DNA from: a virus
Lineage: Duplodnaviria; Caudoviricetes
Direction: 5' to 3' (one strand)
Length of the DNA stretch: 64,000 bases
IMG/VR virus record: IMGVR_UViG_3300035497_000412
Shown: positions 41,602 to 51,916 of the stretch, one piece after another
Layout of the letters: each line of letters begins with the position of its first letter
Numbering within the stretch: the stretch's first letter is position 1
Notes under the pieces: model-generated
The model's input: only the letters and a program-made list of their open reading frames with translations
What the model was told of the DNA's origin: nothing
Database searches by the model: none
Position numbers and translations under genes: made by a program

Positions 41602-41718
41602 AAGACGCAACCAGCAATTTATTTTTTTTAATGGAGTTATATGTCACAAGTTCGAGTCTTGTCAATCAGCGGGATTGTAGCTCAGAAGGTAGAGCAATAA
41701 CATAAAAAATGTGTCTTG
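41602..41718 (+). ncRNA. Circularly permuted tRNA-like RNA on a CAGCAA-bulge stem (YrlA/Y-RNA-like topology)
   Basis: Outer stem AAGACGCA/TGTGTCTT; T arm ACAAG-TTCGAGT-CTTGT precedes D arm GCTC-AGAAGGTA-GAGC; acceptor CAATC/GATTG closed by a loop. Confidence 0.8.
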
Positions 41719-41726
41719 TTTCATAT

Positions 41727-41801
41727 AGGGGTGTAGCATAAAGGCTAGTGCGGCAGGCTTTGACCCTGAAGATAAGTGTTCGATTCACTTCATCCCTGCC
41801 A
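41727..41801 (+). tRNA. tRNA-Gln(UUG)
   Basis: CAGG-CTTTGAC-CCTG, G73, CCA. Confidence 0.88.
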
Positions 41802-41832
41802 TACAAAGATAAAAATAGAAAGGAAGAGAGAT

Positions 41833-42582
41833 GTGGCCGCAATTACTTTTAATGGCGCTGTATCAACTTGGTACAGTGGTTCCGCAAGAGTGTGGAGTTG
41901 CAGTAGTAGTTCTAATATAACCTATTCAAATCTTAGTGAAGGTTATATTGGTTATTATAAACCTAGTTCTACTGGATACCCATATGTTACTTGTATTCGA
42001 TTCACAGTAAGTGACTCAGGTTCTTTGGCCTTTTCTCCATCTTCACTTACGTTATGCCGGTAGAGCGGATATCCAACTTCTGGAACTGTTCGATGGCTTG
42101 TAAGTAAGACTGGAATAAGTTCTAGTAATGTTGATAGTATCTCAAGTTTAAGCAATAAGATTATCACAGAGCAAACCGCTTCCTGGAGTAGTAGCGATTT
42201 AGAAAAGTTTACTTTAAATATTGGTACTGCGACGGGCACTTTTGCTACTGATACTACTTACTATTTATGGATATATGGTTCATCTACATCAGATGGACGT
42301 CTTTAGATTTATAATCCGACAAGTGCCACTTATTAGACAGTAACAACTCGTCCGGCTTTTACTTGGTCCAGTCTTACTGCGACAGATGCTAACACGTTAG
42401 CTGGATATGTTAATACTTATGTCAAATCTGGAGGAGCCACCACAGTTACGCAAGGCAGTAAGATTACAGCAACTTGGTATAATAAAATTGCAGGAACTCT
42501 TGGGGTTTCCACAGTTACTACTGGCACGAAAATCACTAAAACTTTGCTGACTGCGTTAGCAACTGCATACAATTCCTATTAA
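41833..42582 (+). CDS. Ser/Thr-rich probable virion protein, three in-frame TAG
   Basis: Single frame GTG 41833 to TAA 42582 when TAG is sense. Confidence 0.65.
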
Positions 42583-42594
42583 GGAGGCACGTAC

Positions 42595-43986
42595 ATGAGT
42601 TTACAAATTTGGATGCCTCTTAATGGACATTTAAAAAATTTTGGATTAAGTAATGTAACTATAACCAACCATGGAGCAACGGCTAATAGCGATGGAAAAA
42701 CTGGTTCATGTTACTATTTTGATGGAACCGACGATTATATAGAGATTTCCATCCCATCAACTATCACTTCTTTAAAGAACACTTCTTTAGCTATGTGGGT
42801 TAAAGGTAATTAGGCTTTTGGAGGTTTCTCCACTGATGGTACTGGAGTAGCTATTATGACCGCTTTTAATGCCAATTGGCATTTTTATGCTTCTACTTGG
42901 GCCTATGTATCGGGTGGCAATATCGTAGATGGCGATTGGCATCATATAGCTTGCACGGTTGATGATGATACAATTACGACTTATCGCGATGGTGTAAAAG
43001 TCGCAACTGCTTCAATCGCTTCTACTGGAATTTTAACTGATTTAACTTCTTCTAATTTTATTGAACTTGGTGCCGATCACCCAGGCGGTGATGAGTTTGG
43101 TACTGATTATATTAATGATTTTAGAGTATATGATCATTGTTTGTCTCCAAAAGAAGTGAAAGAACTTAGTAAAGGATTAATATTGCATTACAAACTTGCG
43201 GACGCCGGCACTACTGAATATGATTGTTCTGGCTATATGCGTAATGGAACTAAATCTAGCGCTATTACTGCGAGTACCGACTCTCCTAGATATGATGGTT
43301 GCTGTGTTTTTGATGGGTCTAGTACATATATTGCCGCAGGTGAAGATGCAAAAGTTACAGATGAGATTTCAGTTTGCTGGTGGGGTTATATGAGTGATTG
43401 GAGCGCATATCAAACTGCTATCAGTTGCACTGAAAATGCTGGTTGGAACTTTCAGCCATACAGTAATAATACTTTACTCTGTTGGATGGCGGGAACAGGT
43501 TCTTCTTCTAATACGTATAAACAAACCACTTACTCTCTTTCTAAATTGAGTTCTGGCTGGCATCATATCGTTGGCACTTATGATGGTTTACTTTTAAAAT
43601 TATATGTAGATGGTGCTTTAGTTTCCTCTCTTACCGCTTATACGACAAAAACTCCGCTTTATTATAATTCTGCTAATGGCATTTTTGTCGGCAGCGAAGC
43701 TGGAAGTAATACGACAACACCAACAGGCCCTTATTTTAGTGGAAGCCTATCTGACTTCCGTATTTACGCTACAGCACTTTCCGCAGATGATGTGGCAGAG
43801 TTATATCATACTTCTGCCATTGCGGATAATTCAGGAAATTTTTATGGTTATGAATTATCCGAAGGTGATAACTTAAATATTAGTAAAACTGGTGTTATAA
43901 ATGGTTCCGTCTTCCAAGAAGAAGATGGAAAGACAAAAATTGGTAGCGATGGAACTATTTATGCGAACATTTTTTATGAATATTAA
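42595..43986 (+). CDS. Tandem LamG/concanavalin-like domain protein (probable tail or adhesin), one TAG
   Basis: YFDGTDDYI, WHHIACT, INDFRVYDHCLS, WHHIVGTYDG, LSDFRIYATALS; ORFs join through TAG 42811-42813. Confidence 0.85.
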
Positions 43987-44054
43987 TTTGACTTTTTAAA
44001 AATTTTTTGATATAATATATATACAGTTAAGGAAGAAATTATTCTTCCTTACAT

Positions 44055-44128
44055 GGTCGATTAGTTTAATGGTAGAACAGGATACTTGTAATATTCAGGC
44101 GCGGGTCCGATTCCTGCATTGACCTCCA
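44055..44128 (+). tRNA. tRNA-Thr(UGU)
   Basis: GGATA-CTTGTAA-TATTC, CCA. Confidence 0.88.
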
Positions 44129-44173
44129 TGTGGTTACGTAATCTAAAAAATAAGAGAAAGAAGGCTTATACTA

Positions 44174-44527
44174 ATGGGCAATTATCCCATCGACAAGTAT
44201 AAATTTGTTGAAAGGACAACTAAGGAAGGAGTCCAGTAGGTTATAGCAATCTCTACATATGCGGGCAAGACAGTGAAAGGTGTCGCTAATTGCGATCCAA
44301 GTGATAGATATTCATTTGAAGCAGGTAAAGCTCTAGCGGCGGCCCGCTGTGACTTAAAGGTTGCTACGAAGAGGGCTGCTCACGCAGAGCAGAGACGCCA
44401 AGAGGCACTTGAAGCATTAATTGTTGCGGAGAACGATGTTTCTCGTATGACAGATTATGTAAATGACGCTATTGTTGAAGCCGCGGTTGCGGAAGAGCGA
44501 TTAAAGTCATTGATTGAAAAGTATTAA
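44174..44527 (+). CDS. Hypothetical protein, one TAG
   Basis: ATG 44174 in frame with 44273; VIAISTYAGKTVKGVANCDPSD. Confidence 0.65.
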
Positions 44528-44573
44528 TAATTTTATAAGGGATAAGTATTACCTTATCCCTTATAAATCTTAT

Positions 44574-44887
44574 AGTGGCATGGTGTAATGGTAGCACAGC
44601 GGTCTCTTGAAAATTGGACACCTAGCGTCGAAAGTGCTAGTGTGAATGGAGCCTAAAACGGGGAAACCCTAAGTGAATTTTTCATATGGCAATCCCGTGC
44701 TAAACTTCTACTTGTCAGTAGAAGAAATGTGTAGAGACTATATAGTTCCAATCTAACCCAAATTTTGGTATGATTAAGAGATAGTCCAGACCACAACAAT
44801 TATTTTGGCTATGGAAACATAGTGTGGTAAGAAAACCGTATCCCCCTGAAGGAGTAAGTGAAAGTTCGAATCTTTCTGCCACTGCCA
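44574..44887 (+). tRNA. Amber suppressor tRNA(CUA) split by a group I intron
   Basis: AGTGGCA/TGCCACT-G-CCA; spliced arm GCGGT-CTCT|AAA-ACCGT gives a 7-nt loop with anticodon CTA. Confidence 0.88.
44608..44831 (+). ncRNA. Group I intron in tRNA-Sup(CUA), 224 nt
   Basis: AAAACGGGGAA / AATCCCGTG / TGTAGAGACTA / AAGAGATAGTC; guide GGACACC pairs with exon GGTCTCT; terminal G. Confidence 0.9.
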
Positions 44888-45192
44888 GAAGTCTTCACGT
44901 TGGCGATGATGTTTTGACTAATTCTGTTAAAATAGATAGTTTTTGTCCTGAGTATGACATTAAACTGCTCATATTTATAAAAAGACTTGAAAAAAAAATA
45001 AAATTTGATTTTTCTTAAAATTTATAGTATAATATATATAGAAAGTGAGAGAGAGGATAAGATTTATATGAGAACTGTAGAATCTATTCAGAATAGAATT
45101 CATCTCCTTGAGAGTCGCGATCCGGTAACTAACGCAAATATTATTCGTAAGCTAAAGCGACAACTGAGAAAGCTTTCTTAATATAATATTTA

Positions 45193-45250
45193 AAGGCGCA
45201 ACCAGCAAATTTATTGTTATTTTATTAAGGGTTATAAATAACGCGCCTTG
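45193..45250 (+). ncRNA. CAGCAA-bulge stem RNA, copy 3
   Basis: AAGGCGC-AACCAGCAAAT...GCGCCTTG. Confidence 0.6.
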
Positions 45251-45260
45251 TTTTTTATAT

Positions 45261-45611
45261 GCCGCCGTGGTGGAATAGGTAGACACCACAGACTTTTTGG
45301 AATACACAAGGACAACTTCATTAAAATCTTCCAAAAAAGTGTATTCTTAATAGAGCCATAAGATAGGAAACTTCTTATGGGATGTGCGCTAATTCGGCGA
45401 AACTCTCTTTGAGACAACGCCGAGCTAAGTTCAGATTTATCTGATAAATGTGTAGAGATCATATACGCACCTCCTAAGTCAGTATAACTGATATGGAGAA
45501 GACATGATCCAGACTACAACGGTTTTGTCCAACCGGCTATGGCGACATAGAGTAGTAGGAAAATCTGTTATTGGAAACAATGTGCCGATTCGAATTCGGC
45601 CGGCGGCACCA
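45261..45611 (+). tRNA. tRNA-Leu(UAA) split by a group I intron
   Basis: GCCGCCG/CGGCGGC-A-CCA, Leu-type D loop and long arm; ACAGA-CTT|AAAA-TCTGT. Confidence 0.85.
45296..45559 (+). ncRNA. Group I intron in tRNA-Leu(UAA), 264 nt
   Basis: AATTCGGCGAA / AACGCCGAG / TGTAGAGATCA / AAGACATGATC. Confidence 0.88.
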
Positions 45612-45730
45612 GCCCCTTGGGTCGGGGTATGAAAATAATACTTCACACAGTTACCTCTGTCCTGAGCATGACATTAAACTGCTCTTCGGGTTTATTAAAT
45701 CCTGAACAAAGGAGCGTTACCTCTGTATAT

Positions 45731-45806
45731 GCGGTAGTAGTTCAATTGGTAGAGCACTTGCCTTCCAAGCAAGTTGTTGCGAGTTCAAGTCTCGTCTATC
45801 GCTCCA
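45731..45806 (+). tRNA. tRNA-Gly(UCC)
   Basis: CTTGC-CTTCCAA-GCAAG, U73, CCA. Confidence 0.92.
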
Positions 45807-45834
45807 AATGAAAAAAAGAAAGGAGCCGTTTTTA

Positions 45835-46131
45835 ATGAGTAGATCCTATAAAAAGACTCCTCGGGCAGGAGATACTAAAAATAAGTTCTTGAAGCATTAT
45901 GCTAATAAGCAGCTGCGAAAAAAAGATTTTGATACAGATTTATCCCATAATAACTATAAGAAGTTTTCTGAAAGCTGGAATATTTGCGATTTCGAAGTCG
46001 TTGGAACTGATTTTAGTGACTATTGGAGAAACGTCGTACGCCAGTGGCATAGTTGGAAATATAGATATGATTCTTTCCCAGATAAAAAGCAAGCTTATAA
46101 AGAATGGTATAAGCATTTTAGGCGTAAGTGA
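45835..46131 (+). CDS. Basic hypothetical protein
   Basis: SD AAGGAG, MSRSYKKTP. Confidence 0.65.
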   Translation: MSRSYKKTPRAGDTKNKFLKHYANKQLRKKDFDTDLSHNNYKKFSESWNICDFEVVGTDFSDYWRNVVRQWHSWKYRYDSFPDKKQAYKEWYKHFRRK

Positions 46132-46144
46132 GAAGGTCTGTTAA

Positions 46145-46357
46145 GTGGAAAATCAAGATAGTTGGTTAGCAACTTTAGCTAATCTTTGTTAGATTGCTTC
46201 ATTTGATATGAATGTTACTGAAGTATCAAATGATGAAATTATGAAAAGACTTGAAAAATAGGATTTAGTTTTAGATCAATAGACTAATGATTATTTAAAG
46301 AAAATAATCGAATAGAATGAGGAAATTTTAGAAATATTGCGGTCTTCCAGAAAATAA
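46145..46357 (+). CDS. Small coiled-coil protein with four in-frame TAG
   Basis: 70-aa frame open only under TAG=sense: ..RLEK[Q]DLVLDQ[Q]TNDYLKKIIE[Q]NEEILEIL. Confidence 0.55.
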
Positions 46358-46768
46358 CCAATAAAAAGGAAAATTTTTGGAAGATCGCATTTTTTTTGTA
46401 ATTATTATATTATAGAAAATAAAATAGGAGTTATTACTATGACAATCAAGGAATTGATAGATGTGTTATCTAAAATGCCTCCAAATGTAGAGGTAGTTAT
46501 TTTCAACGAAGATGGATTGCAAGACGAGTTTGATGTTGAGCTTTTTTATGGAGGAACTACTTGCATAATTACTCCTTATTCATATGATTAATGGTTGCGG
46601 TTTTCCAGAAAAGAGTCAGTAAAAAGGAAATATTCTGGAAAACCGCAGTTTTTTGATTTTTTTGTAAAATTATTATATAATATATATAGAAAAAGAGATA
46701 TTGCAGCAATTTAATAATCAATTTACAGTCTTGCAAAAGACCAAGAGAAAAAGGAGATAATTATTATA

Positions 46769-48322
46769 ATGAATAGTTTTATTAATGGATTGAAGAACGC
46801 TACTAATTTCACTTTTACGGAAAATCATGCAATCACACATAAAACCTCTAACTCTGATCTTCTGGATATGTTTGCTATGGGTGGCGCATATAGAACCCGT
46901 TCTGATGAAGATTGTATTCTTCTTTTTAAGAACGCTCTTGAAGAAAATGAAGAGTATGCTATGAAGTGTTTGTTTTACCTCAGAGACGTTCGCGGAGGCC
47001 AGGGCGAACGCAGATTTTTCCGGGTATGTATGCGCTGGCTGGTCTCTGCGCGCCCTGAGACCGCTCGCCGCAATCTTCAGTATATTAGTGAGTATGGTAG
47101 ATGGGATGATTTGATTTATATTTGCTATAAAACTCCTCTTTGGAAGGATTGCGTAGCTATTGTCAAGCATCAGCTGGCTTTGGATTGTGAAGATGTAATT
47201 ATGAACAATGGCGCCGTGAGCCTGCTTGCAAAGTGGATGCCGAGTGAAAATACTTCTAGTGCCAAAACTAGAGAAGTAGCTTCTGCTCTGAGAAAGGGTC
47301 TTGGTATGACTTCTAAGCAGTACCGCAAGACTCTTTCTACCCTGCGTGAGCGTATCAATGTTCTTGAGCGTCTTATGTCCGCTGGAGAATGGGATAAAAT
47401 CGACTTTTCTAAGATTCCTTCTAAGGCTGGATTGAAGTATAAGAACGCTTTTGCAAAGCATGATCTTGACCGTATGGCTCTTGGAAAGCAGACTTATGAA
47501 GATTTTGCTAAAGATAAGAATACTACAGTAAATGCTGATACTCTTTATCCTTATGAAGTTGTTGCAGAAGTTATGAAGGTTTTTGGCGGCGTATATTCTC
47601 TTCGTTTTAATGCAGGCAAAGTTCCTTTGAATGACACTAATCGTTTGATGGTTAACAAATACTGGGACAATCTTTATGACTATTTCCAAGGGGCATCTTT
47701 GAATGCTATGGCGGTGGTTGATGTGTCTGGAAGTATGTTCGGTGATTGCGCTTCTGCCCCTCTCAATGTAGCTATTTCTCTTGGAATGTATTGCGCCGAG
47801 AAAGCAAAAGGTCCTTATGCTGGTCATTTTATGACTTTTAGTTCTAAGCCCGACTTCGTAAAAGTAGAAGGTGTTGATTTTTACGATAAGGTTGTTAGAA
47901 TGACTAGAACTGATTGGGGTGGATCTACCAATATTGAAGCTTGTTTTGACTTGATGCTGAAGGTCGCTATTGATAATAATCTTTCTCAAGACGAAATTCC
48001 GGCAAGTTTGATTATTATCAGCGATATGGAATTTGACGACTGCGCTACTTCAAAAAGATGTAGACTCCGTCATGTCGGTGATACAGCCACGTTGATGGAA
48101 ATGATTGAAAAGAGATGGAATCAAGCTGGTTATAAAATGCCTTGCCTTACTTTCTGGAATGTTGATGCTCGTCACAACAATATTCCTATGAAAGTTAAAG
48201 ATGGCGTTCAGTTCGTTTCTGGTATGTCTCCTTCAATTTTCCAGATGGTGATGGAAAACAAGAATGCTTTCGATTTGATGTACTCTGTACTTGATTCTGA
48301 AAGATATTCTGCAATTAAGTAA
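46769..48322 (+). CDS. DUF2828 / TROVE-like protein with C-terminal vWA domain (Ro60-related)
   Basis: TENHA, LRDVRGGQGERR, YGRWDDL, AKWMPSE, MIDAS VDVSGSM, IISDMEFD, FWNV, VSG. Confidence 0.85.
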   Translation: MNSFINGLKNATNFTFTENHAITHKTSNSDLLDMFAMGGAYRTRSDEDCILLFKNALEENEEYAMKCLFYLRDVRGGQGERRFFRVCMRWLVSARPETARRNLQYISEYGRWDDLIYICYKTPLWKDCVAIVKHQLALDCEDVIMNNGAVSLLAKWMPSENTSSAKTREVASALRKGLGMTSKQYRKTLSTLRERINVLERLMSAGEWDKIDFSKIPSKAGLKYKNAFAKHDLDRMALGKQTYEDFAKDKNTTVNADTLYPYEVVAEVMKVFGGVYSLRFNAGKVPLNDTNRLMVNKYWDNLYDYFQGASLNAMAVVDVSGSMFGDCASAPLNVAISLGMYCAEKAKGPYAGHFMTFSSKPDFVKVEGVDFYDKVVRMTRTDWGGSTNIEACFDLMLKVAIDNNLSQDEIPASLIIISDMEFDDCATSKRCRLRHVGDTATLMEMIEKRWNQAGYKMPCLTFWNVDARHNNIPMKVKDGVQFVSGMSPSIFQMVMENKNAFDLMYSVLDSERYSAIK

Positions 48323-48370
48323 AAAAAAATAAGCCCGTTGAGTTAATTCTCAACGGGCTTTTAATTTTTA

Positions 48371-49897
48371 TTATGAAATAACTTTGTATCTCAAATTTGT
48401 ATAAGTAATAGTAACGGGGAAAGATCCACCATTTGAACTAAAACGAGAAGAAGAGTTAAATTGAATACCAGGATAAGTTGAACTCAATCCTGCGGTTACA
48501 CCACTTGTATTATCATAATTAGAACCATTATAGATACCAATATAGGTCTTAGCTGTATCTGTTAAAGTCTGACTATATGTCACTTCATCAAAATATACCT
48601 TAACAGTTTCGCTACCAGTTAGACTTCCATCCGTAAAGAGGACGCCTTGAGACTTTGCAGTAAAGGTGATTGTTAAAGTATGAGTATCATCATCAACAGT
48701 AAATGATTCACCACCGGCTTTTTCAGTATTGGTAGAAATCATGCTAGTAGTAACATATACGCTGTCATCAGTAGGAGTTTCAGTACCAGAATCCCCTCCG
48801 CTAGAAGTTTCAGTCTCAGGTTCTGTATATAATCTATATTGACCAATAGGGATATACTTTTTAGAATAGTCTGTATCTCCAGTGTCTTTAAAAACAATTG
48901 CTCTAATGTCAATATAATCTTCATATACATCAATTATAGCACCCTCAGACTCATTTGGCATACTCACTCGGGTTGAAGAAAGAGAAGAATTACCAACACT
49001 TGAATCAATAGGATAAGCGCAAGAAGGTATATGAACGCACCAAGCAGAAGTTCTATTTACATTAGTGAGAGGCCAGACATTTGCTTTCTCCTCCCAATTT
49101 TGCAAATACCATTTCCAGTGACTATGACCATTAAACCATATAACTCTAGGGTAGGCGTCTCTTAATGCTTTTAATGACGTCAGCATGGTGCCGCTTAACC
49201 AGTTGCCGCTGGGGTAAATTTGCTAAAAATTTCCAGAAGCGTCTGGGAAAAACATATGCGTAATAACAAAACATCTATCATTTTTATAAGCTTCTAATTT
49301 ATTTCCAAGCCAAGTGATATCAGCTGTGGCATATGTATTAGAACTAAATTCATATCTCTTCATTCCTAAAAATAGGAAATGATCAGTAACATTATTGTGC
49401 GTTTTTGTAACTTCGTAAGAGTAAGTCGCGTCTGTAGACGTATATAAATCCGCAGTTCCAGTATACGTTTTCCAAGTAGCAATATCAATATCGCTACTAT
49501 TAGGACAATCATGATTACCGGTTGTAGGATAAACTGGAGTATTATTTGAAATTGCATTTAAGTTCTCTTGATATAAAGCTAATTCAGAACTTAAATCGCC
49601 AGTGCTATAACTTGTTTGAGTGAGGTCGCCGCAAATTACTGTAAATTCTACATCTTCTTTTTCGTTGAAGAAAGTTAGAGCATTACGAATGTCGTCCTGG
49701 TTTTCGTCAGCCTGACTTGTCTCATTATGGACGTCAGAAAGAACACCAAAACGATATAATCTTTCTCCAAAAGAGGGCTTAAATGAGCTGAGCGGGATCG
49801 CTCCAACTCGATTTCCATTTGAGTCATATACACCAATCTTTTTGGCAGCATATGGCGCAATATTTTGTTTATTAAAACCAGTGTAAGTATTCGCCAT
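48371..49897 (-). CDS. Calcineurin-like metallophosphoesterase, one TAG
   Basis: SDVH, CGD, GNHD, ITH, NGHSH; ORFs join through TAG 49223-49225. Confidence 0.85.
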
Positions 49898-50298
49898 TAT
49901 GACACCTCCATAGTAGTGATTGGCTTCCAATCCTCTAGTTTTTCATTATTATCATCTTCGTAATACAAAGTGTAAGTTCCTGCATCTAGGTTTTCAAGAG
50001 TAATAACATTCTCAGAAGAGATATTACCAATATCTTTAGTATTTTGGAGATAAGATTGAAGATAAGCCTGAATGGCCTATTGGACAAAAGCAGTAGTAGC
50101 AATTTGCTCACTACTATCATCTGCGGCAGGTGTTGGAGCTTTTGGAGTTCCAGTTAAGGTGGGGCTATCTAAATCAGCCTTAGCCTCATCAACTGCCTCA
50201 ACGACTGCGGTTAGCTCATCTCCGGTTACGAAATTTCCAGAAATCTTATTCCATAATAAACCTAAACCAGTCTAATCTAAAAATTTCTTAATTTCCAA
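49897..50298 (-). CDS. Tail-fibre-repeat protein, two TAG
   Basis: SPTLTGTPKAPTPAADDSSEQIATTAFV; N-terminus KKFLD[TAG]TG aligns with KKFLDQTG of the neighbouring gene. Confidence 0.75.
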
Positions 50299-50363
50299 TA
50301 TTTATACCTCCTAAATGGGAAAAAATAAAGGGGAAAATAATTCCCCTTTATTTAATACTCATA

Positions 50364-51044
50364 TTAGTTAGTGGCAGTTTGATCTGTAACTGCATCAATT
50401 TCAGCGGAAGAAAGGGCAATAATGTTATTATAAACAGCTTCAGCGGAGCCAGCAGAATCGTAAGAGCCAGCAGCGACAGTATCCCAATTAGAAATCTTCT
50501 CAGCAGTAATACCAAGGTCTTCAATAGCTTTGACTCGAGCGGCTAACGCAGTCAACTCAGAAGCCAGCGCATATTTGTCAACACCATCAGTTTGTAGAGC
50601 CGCAGTAATCTGTGCGGCAACACTAGTGCTACCAACTAAATCCTGTAAAGCTTCAATTGCGGTGCCATTGGCAGTGATATCACTACTCATTTTAGCAGCG
50701 CCAGTGGTGTCACTGACAATCCAAGCAGCAATTTCGTTTAGAGTATCAATAGAACCGTTATTATTCTCATTAACGATTTCAGCAATTTGATAAGCCACAG
50801 AGCCTTCAGTGGTACTACCAGCATTTAACTTTGTAATTGCATTGGTGTTATCTTGAATTAACGCACGGACCGCAGTATCATCATATGTGCCCTTTTCCAG
50901 AGCATCAATTTTCCCCTCGGCCACAGTAACTCTTTCGTCAATAGCAGAAACAGTGGCGGTGTCAGCTTTATTACTCAGCTTAGACTGAATCTTTTGCCAT
51001 AAATAACCAGTACCGGTTTGGTCTAAAAACTTCTTAGTATCCAT
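50364..51044 (-). CDS. Probable virion fibre protein
   Basis: DTLNEIAAWI motif, coiled coil, ALSSAEID end. Confidence 0.7.
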   Translation of the reverse strand: MDTKKFLDQTGTGYLWQKIQSKLSNKADTATVSAIDERVTVAEGKIDALEKGTYDDTAVRALIQDNTNAITKLNAGSTTEGSVAYQIAEIVNENNNGSIDTLNEIAAWIVSDTTGAAKMSSDITANGTAIEALQDLVGSTSVAAQITAALQTDGVDKYALASELTALAARVKAIEDLGITAEKISNWDTVAAGSYDSAGSAEAVYNNIIALSSAEIDAVTDQTATN

Positions 51045-51065
51045 TTAAATTATTTCCTCCTTAAA

Positions 51066-51551
51066 TTACTCAAATAATTTATCAATGTCATCTTCACTCA
51101 TCGCCGCAATTTCACTCTTTTTAACATAATCAGTTAAATCGAAAGTGGCTCCAAGAGCATCCCAAGCAAGAGCATCATCTTCTGAGATAATCGCCGCATA
51201 ATTCATTCCATCAGACAGCACATTATATACGTCGCCATTTTTAACGTCTACTTCTGGAAGATCTTCATAAGTATCAACAGAACCTTTATAACTATACACA
51301 CTATTAATTGCGGCAGCCAGGTCATCTTGAGAAACAAGATTAGCTTTCTCAATAGCAGTAATGGTAGCATTAGTTACATCTGTGGCGGTTAAGAAAGAAG
51401 GTTTATTAGCGACACTTTCCCAATCAATTTCAGTAGTAACAAGTTTGCCATCTTTAATTTTTAGGCCATCGCCAAGGTTTGATTTGCTAATAAATAGCTC
51501 ATCTAAGTTAGCTTTGAACCTAGCTAAGTTTGCATCTGAAACAAAAGCCAT
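51066..51551 (-). CDS. Probable virion fibre protein
   Basis: YKGSVDTYEDLP..GDVYNV..WDALG..DLTDY. Confidence 0.7.
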   Translation of the reverse strand: MAFVSDANLARFKANLDELFISKSNLGDGLKIKDGKLVTTEIDWESVANKPSFLTATDVTNATITAIEKANLVSQDDLAAAINSVYSYKGSVDTYEDLPEVDVKNGDVYNVLSDGMNYAAIISEDDALAWDALGATFDLTDYVKKSEIAAMSEDDIDKLFE

Positions 51552-51916
51552 TATTCATTTTCCTCCTTTTCAAATAGGGTATCTACATCAGAGTTTGTCA
51601 TAGAAGTAATACCTATATCAGAAATATCTAAATCGCCTTTTAATTCGGCGCCATTGATAGTGGGAGTATCGGTTAATGTATCATAACTAATTGATGGAGT
51701 AGCTGTAACTCCAGTATCCTCTTCTCCAACATACCAATTACCATTTTCTCCGATATAAGGCTGTAAACTTTTAAGCCAAGTTTTTTCATCTCCAACAAAG
51801 CCGTTATTCACAGCAATTTCATAGGCAGAGAGACCGGGATCGCCTTTAAGCACACCAGATTCCGATAGAGCGGCCTATATATTTTTTTTCATTAAAGCTA
51901 AAGTAATAATATCCAT
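51551..51916 (-). CDS. Probable virion protein, one TAG
   Basis: GLSAYEIAVNNGFVG, PYIGENGNWYVG, PTINGAELKG. Confidence 0.7.

Noticed and set aside
45261-45611. tRNA-Phe(GAA) by an alternative splice junction
   Set aside because: Long variable arm, Leu-type D loop and guide pairing favour Leu(UAA)
46718-47989. 423-aa minus-strand ORF
   Set aside because: Antisense shadow of the DUF2828 gene with no recognisable motifs
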